Of a DNA stretch of 64,000 nt, positions 57,531 through 64,000 are shown in pieces. The position numbers and the translations under genes are program-made. Under the pieces are notes generated by a model, which saw nothing but the letters and a program-made list of their open reading frames with translations, was not told the DNA's origin and did not search any database. Source of the stretch: Promethearchaeota archaeon (GTDB taxonomy: Archaea; Asgardarchaeota; Lokiarchaeia; Sigyniarchaeales; SOKP01); the NCBI GenBank assembly GCA_011364925.1, contig RDOA01000012.1, positions 1 to 64,000 of the forward strand. Reading direction: 5' to 3'. How positions within the stretch are numbered: position 1 is the first letter of the stretch; each line of letters begins with the position of its first letter.

Positions 57531-58399
57531 ATACTAGCAAACAAGAACGCAATTAAGCCAATAAACATTCCTATCTTCAAGGATAAACTAATTTTCTTCA
57601 AATCTCTTACCTCTAATTTCGAAGTTAGCATTAAAAAGAAAGTATAAGCTACCTCAATTAACCCGACAATCATTAAAACAATAAAAAGAGGAAGATTTAG
57701 AATATTGGTTGATATAGGCAATATAAAGAATATTATTGCGATTACTGCAAAAATTAAAGCAATGTTCCGTGAGTTTTTGACTCCAAATTTTATAGCTAAT
57801 GTTTTAACCCCTTGTTTTTTATCTCCTTCAATATCTTCGCACCCTTTAATAATTTCCCTGGATACTAAAAGAGAGAATGCAGTAATAAAGAAATAGAAGA
57901 TGTAAAGAGGAATAAATATACTATTTAGTAAAGCTCCATATACTAAACCAATCGAAAAAGATATACCTACAACAAGATTTCCAAAAAATCCGCTTTTTTT
58001 TCCCCATTTAGCATAAACCCATCCAATAAACCCGAAAAACGAAGCTAATATAAAATTCAGTAAGCTAAGATTAAATAAGATGGTGTTAACAATACATAAT
58101 ATTATCCCAAAACTAAGATAAATAATGAAAAGTAATTTTGCCTGCTTTAGGGTTATTGAACCTCTTGGAATAGGCCGATCTGGTCTATTAATTTTATCTA
58201 TTTCTACATCGTAGATATCATTAATAACCATACCGGAAGCTGCAATAAAAATATAAGTAAATACGCCTAAAATAATATTTATAACAAGTATTTCTACCGG
58301 AATATCTATACGAGTATTTAATAAGCCTATAATGACTGAAAGGGCTCCCATTACGCAATTAATAGGGCGTGCTATTTCAAGTGTATCTTTTAATTTCAT
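57527..58399 (-). CDS. Digeranylgeranylglyceryl phosphate synthase (UbiA family)
   Basis: RPINC, NDIYDVEIDKINRPDRPIPRG, REIIKGCEDIEGD. Confidence 0.92.
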   Translation of the reverse strand: MKLKDTLEIARPINCVMGALSVIIGLLNTRIDIPVEILVINIILGVFTYIFIAASGMVINDIYDVEIDKINRPDRPIPRGSITLKQAKLLFIIYLSFGIILCIVNTILFNLSLLNFILASFFGFIGWVYAKWGKKSGFFGNLVVGISFSIGLVYGALLNSIFIPLYIFYFFITAFSLLVSREIIKGCEDIEGDKKQGVKTLAIKFGVKNSRNIALIFAVIAIIFFILPISTNILNLPLFIVLMIVGLIEVAYTFFLMLTSKLEVRDLKKISLSLKIGMFIGLIAFLFASI

Positions 58400-58420
58400 A
58401 ATTAAGCAAAAATAGGTGTT

Positions 58421-59248
58421 TTATTTCAAACAATAATTTTTCTTAGTATTTTTTCCCGCGTCCTTGATTTCATCAATAATTGTTTTTAACGAATTTCCAT
58501 TATCTTTTAATACTTTACTTTCTAAATATGTTCCCATTACTATAATATCCGCCCCTGCTTCAACGAAATTTCTAGCATCTTCTTTAGATCTAACACCTCC
58601 CCCTACAATTATAGGTATATTCAAGAGATTTGAACTGAGTCGAATAATTTCAGCGGGTATTTTTTTGCTGCCTGAACCAGCTTCTAAATATATTAACTTA
58701 AAACCGAAATATTCTGCTGCTAGGCAATAAGCTGCTGTCAATTTGGGTTTTTCTCTTGGTAGCAGTTTAGCCTTACTAATCCATCCAGCAGTACCCCCAG
58801 GTTCTATTATTAAATATCCCGTTGAGATGATTTCTAGCTTCGACAATTTCACTGTGTACGATGCTATAGCTTGTTGCCCTATGATAAAATATGGATCTTC
58901 CGAGTTTAAAATTGACATAAATAAAATAGCATCAGCATGCTTTGACACATTTGCTACACTTCCGGGAAATATTATGATTGGCAAATCAACATTCTCTTTG
59001 ATTGCGAGGACTGTCTCGTCAACAAAATTTTGGTCAAAAACAGTGCTCCCACCAATTAAAATAGCGTCAGTTCCTGCTTGTTCTGCATAAAGAGCAATTT
59101 TTCCCGCTTTAGAGGGATTTTGTTTAATGGGATCCGGATCAATAAGAGAAAAATGGAGGGTTCCATCACAATTTATTTTGTTTACTAAATACTCGTAGGT
59201 ACCTGTTTTAACTGCGTTATTTGTTAATGTGCCAACCATAAAACTCAC
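58421..59248 (-). CDS. Geranylgeranylglyceryl phosphate synthase (group II)
   Basis: LIDPD, GTDAILIGGS, FPG, YLEAGSG, VGGG. Confidence 0.94.
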   Translation of the reverse strand: MSFMVGTLTNNAVKTGTYEYLVNKINCDGTLHFSLIDPDPIKQNPSKAGKIALYAEQAGTDAILIGGSTVFDQNFVDETVLAIKENVDLPIIIFPGSVANVSKHADAILFMSILNSEDPYFIIGQQAIASYTVKLSKLEIISTGYLIIEPGGTAGWISKAKLLPREKPKLTAAYCLAAEYFGFKLIYLEAGSGSKKIPAEIIRLSSNLLNIPIIVGGGVRSKEDARNFVEAGADIIVMGTYLESKVLKDNGNSLKTIIDEIKDAGKNTKKNYCLK

Positions 59249-59257
59249 ATAATATAA

Positions 59258-60661
59258 TTATTTTACTTTTTTAGCATTTATTAACATTCTTAAAATTTTA
59301 TCATATACTTGAATAGCACGCGATTTCCATTCTTCAAATTTTTCAATAGTAAGTGGAAAATTCTTATAATGCCTTGAAATTTCATTCATCCGAATTCGTA
59401 AATAATTCAAGTCTAACAGCAGGTTTGGTTTGGAGATTCCTTTTATCGCCTTACTTACTAAACTAATTAAAGGTAATTCAAATTCTCCAGTTGAAGAGAT
59501 TTCTAGTATTTCTTCACCACTCAATAAATCTTGTTGTAAAGCAAAGTTTAAATCTTCGTTAGAAAGTATTTGGAGAGTCATTCTTAGCAAGTCTAGTGAA
59601 GCAAATTCAGCTCCAAAACTGGTCATAACTTCGTAGTTGTAATTCCATAATGTGTCAACAGAATAATCTCCTTTTTCAATTGCGTTAAGTGCTGTATTGG
59701 CAGCAAAGAAACCTCCCCTCATTGAAGGATCAATACCTCCTCCATGAAGGGGGTTTACTTGACAAGCAGCATCTCCAACAAACATAATTCCATTGTCAGT
59801 ACATGACCAAAGGGGTCGTCTTATAGACACTACACCTCCACCAGAAGAAAGAATCTTGTATTTTGAGGTTTTTATGAATTCTTTAAAGACATTTTGCTGA
59901 TATAATTCTTTTACCTTACCTTTAAGGTCCATAAACGCTCCAAGACCAATATTGAGGGAAGATTCATTTTTAGGAAAATACCATATATAACCTCCTGGTG
60001 CTTTTTCTTGATTTAAAATAATGGAAATATAATCGGGGTCATTAATTTTTATGTCCTGAGGAGAAAATTTCACAATCTCCCTATAGCAAAGAATACTATC
60101 TTCTTTTAGTACCTCTTTCTCAACTAGTGTGCTTTTTAATTTCTTCCGAAGGGGAGAATAATACCCGGAAGCATCAATTAAAAGTTTAGAGTGAAGCTCC
60201 GCTTTTTCGCCATTACTGAGTTTTACTTTTACTCCAGAAACCGTATTTTGGTCATATATTAAATCAAGGGCCATTGTTTTATCATAAAAATGTTCAATAC
60301 CGGCGTCTAGAGCTTCGTTCAATAATCTTTGACCAAATTCAACCCTATTAACGATATAGCCAGCTTGTCTTGGATCAGTTAAATCAATGCATTTCTTTAG
60401 GTTCGGGGTGTATAATTTAGCACCTTTGATTTTGCATGAAAGTTCATCATCTCTTGGATGTTTAATGTTAAGAAAATCAAATATATCGGTACCAACCGCA
60501 TCTCCACAAATTTTATTCCCGATTTCTTTTTTTTCTTTACTATCGATTAGACAGACACTCAAACCTTTTTCAGTGGTAAAACGGGCAGCAATACTACCTC
60601 CTGTTCCCGCACCAACAACAATAACATCAAAAGTTTTATTTAAATTTTCCATAGAAACCAA
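59258..60661 (-). CDS. Geranylgeranyl reductase family flavoprotein
   Basis: VGAGTGG, KICGDA, PGGYIWYFP, GDAACQVNPLHGGGI. Confidence 0.9.
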   Translation of the reverse strand: MVSMENLNKTFDVIVVGAGTGGSIAARFTTEKGLSVCLIDSKEKKEIGNKICGDAVGTDIFDFLNIKHPRDDELSCKIKGAKLYTPNLKKCIDLTDPRQAGYIVNRVEFGQRLLNEALDAGIEHFYDKTMALDLIYDQNTVSGVKVKLSNGEKAELHSKLLIDASGYYSPLRKKLKSTLVEKEVLKEDSILCYREIVKFSPQDIKINDPDYISIILNQEKAPGGYIWYFPKNESSLNIGLGAFMDLKGKVKELYQQNVFKEFIKTSKYKILSSGGGVVSIRRPLWSCTDNGIMFVGDAACQVNPLHGGGIDPSMRGGFFAANTALNAIEKGDYSVDTLWNYNYEVMTSFGAEFASLDLLRMTLQILSNEDLNFALQQDLLSGEEILEISSTGEFELPLISLVSKAIKGISKPNLLLDLNYLRIRMNEISRHYKNFPLTIEKFEEWKSRAIQVYDKILRMLINAKKVK

Positions 60662-60686
60662 GATTACAAAAAGATTTAAGTTATTT

Positions 60687-61421
60687 TTATATTAAAGTCA
60701 GCAAGAATACTATGGCCACCGTAGCTATAGGGACGGTTAAATCGTCCCAAGTTGATGGAGATATTAACTCAACGATCGTTGCTAAAGCACTCATTATTAG
60801 AGAATAAATAAGAGCAATTTCAAGTGTAAGATGGTTTTGTGTAATTGAATTTGTGAAAATAGTAAAAGCAAAGAAACAAAGTAAAAATCCACTTATGAAG
60901 AAAGTTAATGATCCTTCTATTGTTCGCGTACTCTTTAACCAGGGTAGCTTAATATTCATTTTCCCATATTTCTTACCAATTATCGAGGCGAGAGTATCTG
61001 AAACAATCATTAATAATATCCCCGCTATAGGGAAATACATTTTTCCTGGAGCTACTATAACAAAAAATGTTATCAATATCGTAATTGATAAACAATAATG
61101 AAACGGTCCTTCTAAGTATCCCACTTTTTCTTCTGCTTCTTCTCCAATTGAATCATATAGCTCCTTTAATTGTTTCACGCTGCTTTTTTTCGAACTTAGA
61201 AGAGTTAAAAGAGTCATCGAACCAGCTAATATTACGGCAAACCATGGCCAGGTATAAAAAGGTGTTGTTAAGACCGCTAATCCAGCAAGAAGATGTACGG
61301 CTTTACGAGCTTGGAATTTAGTGATTTTATCCCTTTTTTTCAACTGAACAGGTATTAGAATAGTAGCAAGCACATATATAAATGTTAATAGAAGAATCAA
61401 TAAATCCAGTAAGATGTTCAT
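60687..61421 (-). CDS. Polyprenol kinase family (SEC59/VTE5) membrane protein
   Basis: RKAVH, DTLASIIGKKYG, RTIEGS, DDLTVP. Confidence 0.85.
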   Translation of the reverse strand: MNILLDLLILLLTFIYVLATILIPVQLKKRDKITKFQARKAVHLLAGLAVLTTPFYTWPWFAVILAGSMTLLTLLSSKKSSVKQLKELYDSIGEEAEEKVGYLEGPFHYCLSITILITFFVIVAPGKMYFPIAGILLMIVSDTLASIIGKKYGKMNIKLPWLKSTRTIEGSLTFFISGFLLCFFAFTIFTNSITQNHLTLEIALIYSLIMSALATIVELISPSTWDDLTVPIATVAIVFLLTLI

Positions 61422-61607
61422 GGTGTTCAGTTCTTTTTTTGTAGTTTTGTTATTAACACTGATAAATTTTTATTGTATTTAAAATAAAATCAGATTAATT
61501 CTAATATTAAGTGTGATAAAGGATGAAAACATAAATTATTGCATTCAGATAAAGTTAATTCTTATTTTGCATTTTCATAGATACTTTAGTTAAAAGAGAA
61601 ATGAATT

Positions 61608-63647
61608 ATGAACGAAATATATTCTGAAGAAGAACTCAAAAACTTACCCTTCATGAATGAATCTTTAGAGTTGGAAAAAAGAGTAGAAGACTTACTAAGC
61701 AGATTAACTCTTGCTGAGAAATTTAAACTATGTGCGGGTAGAATGATGTGGCACACGAAACCAATTAAAAGATTAGGGATTAAATCTTTCACTATGTACG
61801 ATGGACCTCACGGTGTTAGACCCGACACTATGGGAGAGAAAAGAAGCACTTATTTTCCGGTTGCTATTTGTAGAGCAGCCACGTGGGATTTGATGCTTTC
61901 ATACGAATTTGGAAAAGCAATCGCAGAGGAAACTCGTGAACTCGGTGCACATATGTTGCTCGCGCCTGGAATAAATATTCAAAGAACTCCTATGAACGGA
62001 AGAACATTTGAATATCAGACTGAAGACCCGTACCTAAACAAACATTTAGCTATTGCTACTGTGAAAGGAGTTCAAAGTCAAAGAATAGCGGCGTGTGTGA
62101 AACATTTCGCATGTAATAACCAAGAGACGAACAGATTTACCGAAAGCTCTGAAGTAGACGAACGCACTTTACAAGAAATATACTTACCTGCTTTTAAAGC
62201 TACAGTACAAAAAGCCGATGCTTGGTCGTTCATGACATGCTATAATAAAGTAAACGGAATCTACGGTTCAGAAAATTATAACTTGTTAAGAAAGAGATTA
62301 ATGGATGAGTGGGGGTTTAGAGGATTTGCTGTTTCAGATTGGAATGCAACAGCCTATACTAACACAGGAGGATGTGTTAGAGCCGGACTATCTTTAGAAA
62401 TGCCTACAGCTAAAAAATACAGTAAAAGTGAACTAACTAAAGCATTCGAGAATGGTGAATTCACCTTAGAAGATCTTGATGAAAACATAAGAAGATTGCT
62501 AAGAGTGATGTTTTTGGTTGGACTATTCGATGATCAGAGTAAATTACCTAAGGGTTGCAGAAATACTCCAGAACACCAACAGTTAGCTCGAAAAATTGCT
62601 GAGGACGGGATTGTTCTTCTAAAAAATGAAGGAGATTTACTGCCATTAGATATTAATAAAGTAAATAAATTAGCTGTTATTGGACCAAACGCTAACTTTC
62701 GGTTAGGAGAAGCTGACATATGGTCTGGAGGAGGAAGTTCGCAAAATTTTCCTCCTTATGAAATAAGTCCCCTTGATGGTCTAAAGCACAAATGCAAAAA
62801 TAAGGTAGAAATAATAGAGGATCCCTCATTAGCAGATATTACTATTATATTTGCTGGGCTAAACCACAATAATGGAATGGATGCTGAAGGGGAAGATAAA
62901 AAAGAACTTGGATTACCTTCAGAACAAGTTAATTTAATTAAGAATGCGATTCAAAAGAATGCTAATACAATTGTCGTGCTAATTAGTGGTAGTCCTGTAG
63001 CTATGGATGATTGGATCGAACAAGTACCTTCTGTTGTCGAAGCTTGGTACGGTGGGATGGAAGCAGGAACAGCTTTAGCAAACGTTTTATTTGGAGATGT
63101 AAACCCTTCTGGAAAACTTACGATGACATTTCCAAAGAAGTTGTCAGATTCACCAGCTCATAATTCCGAGAGAAGTTATCCCGGAGGTGATAAGGTTTTT
63201 TACGATGAGGGCATTTTCGTCGGATATCGTCATTTTGACACAAATGGCATTGACCCACTCTTCCCTTTTGGTTATGGATTATCGTATACGACTTTTGCTT
63301 ATAATAATTTAACGATAAATAAAAAAAAGATAAACGCAGACGACACGATTAAAGTATCCGTTGACATCACTAACACAGGGGATAGAGTAGGAAAAGAAAT
63401 CGTACAATTATATGTTAATGATATTGAATCTAGTGTTGAAAGACCACAAAAAGAATTAAAGGGATTCAAGAAAGTCGAGCTTAAGCCTGATCAAACGGAA
63501 ACCATTGTGTTTGAATTGAATAAGGATGATTTCTCTTATTATAATCCAGTTGAAAACTCTTGGGTTGTAGAAAAAGGATGGTTTAAAATATTAGTGGGGA
63601 GTTCTTCTAGGACCATTCACCTTGAAGGAGAAATAGAATTTTCATAA
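61608..63647 (+). CDS. Glycoside hydrolase family 3 beta-glucosidase
   Basis: DGPHGVR, GRTFEY, KHFACN, SDW nucleophile, C-terminal FnIII with ELKGF. Confidence 0.95.
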   Translation: MNEIYSEEELKNLPFMNESLELEKRVEDLLSRLTLAEKFKLCAGRMMWHTKPIKRLGIKSFTMYDGPHGVRPDTMGEKRSTYFPVAICRAATWDLMLSYEFGKAIAEETRELGAHMLLAPGINIQRTPMNGRTFEYQTEDPYLNKHLAIATVKGVQSQRIAACVKHFACNNQETNRFTESSEVDERTLQEIYLPAFKATVQKADAWSFMTCYNKVNGIYGSENYNLLRKRLMDEWGFRGFAVSDWNATAYTNTGGCVRAGLSLEMPTAKKYSKSELTKAFENGEFTLEDLDENIRRLLRVMFLVGLFDDQSKLPKGCRNTPEHQQLARKIAEDGIVLLKNEGDLLPLDINKVNKLAVIGPNANFRLGEADIWSGGGSSQNFPPYEISPLDGLKHKCKNKVEIIEDPSLADITIIFAGLNHNNGMDAEGEDKKELGLPSEQVNLIKNAIQKNANTIVVLISGSPVAMDDWIEQVPSVVEAWYGGMEAGTALANVLFGDVNPSGKLTMTFPKKLSDSPAHNSERSYPGGDKVFYDEGIFVGYRHFDTNGIDPLFPFGYGLSYTTFAYNNLTINKKKINADDTIKVSVDITNTGDRVGKEIVQLYVNDIESSVERPQKELKGFKKVELKPDQTETIVFELNKDDFSYYNPVENSWVVEKGWFKILVGSSSRTIHLEGEIEFS

Positions 63648-63714
63648 TAAAAGAAAATAAAATTTCAATAAAAAAAAGATTAAGTATTGTTAACTTACAA
63701 TATAAAGATTGGAT

Positions 63715-64000
63715 CTATTCGAAATAATGCGCGCCTTCTTCCATCGCGATGCTTTGTATCTCACCAAAAGCGATTGCGTCCTGAAGGTTACCATCAATAA
63801 CTAAATCTCCGGCCATATACGCGCTTGTAGAGTCTATCTCACCAGAGGACAAACCTGCCCAAATTGCTCCAGTAGCAGACAATGTGACGCTTGGATCTTC
63901 TCCCTCTCCTTCTCCATATTCCACTGTTCCATCACCCATTTTAACCCAATACTTATAATCAACGTCAGTCATTACAAGTTGGACAACAGTGGTATCAATG
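63715..64000 (-). CDS. SCP2 sterol/lipid-binding domain protein (5' end outside the window)
   Basis: GEGEDPSVTL...GEIDSTSAYMAGDLVIDGNL. Confidence 0.85.
   Translation of the reverse strand, partial: IDTTVVQLVMTDVDYKYWVKMGDGTVEYGEGEGEDPSVTLSATGAIWAGLSSGEIDSTSAYMAGDLVIDGNLQDAIAFGEIQSIAMEEGAHYFE

Noticed and set aside
1-64000. Mobile elements or prophage
   Set aside because: No transposase, integrase, terminal inverted repeats or viral structural genes recognised

Overview
AT-rich archaeal chromosomal segment, very likely an Asgard archaeon of Lokiarchaeia type. Support: ether-lipid genes, archaeal DTD2, CofGH, MptD and RFAP synthase, together with a degenerate Ras-like GTPase, a TPR protein and a complete ubiquitin-like (Ubl) conjugation cluster. 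The standout is the locus at 22.4-30.2 kb. It encodes an E1, an E2, a JAMM isopeptidase and a multi-pass membrane RING-type E3, plus three paralogous Ubls. Two Ubls are soluble with SUMO-like disordered acidic N-tails (one ends ...AG, the other ...AG-LN) and one is membrane-anchored and lacks a C-terminal Gly. The locus also has a wHTH regulator and a long coiled-coil protein whose two ends carry the same xKTP motif that occurs twice in each soluble Ubl tail. The rest of the window holds a triple protein-disulfide-oxidoreductase/TrxR operon with a structured candidate ncRNA upstream, paired Cys-tailed Lrp regulators, alaS, ftsZ, a pterin/flavin/F420 cofactor supercluster, feoAB, a PadR pseudogene with two HAAS membrane proteins, larE, an orphan N6-adenine methyltransferase and an archaeal lipid operon. 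Several genes appear to start at ATT or CTG. No rRNA, tRNA, CRISPR array or transposase was recognised. All calls come from motif recognition by eye, without database searches.
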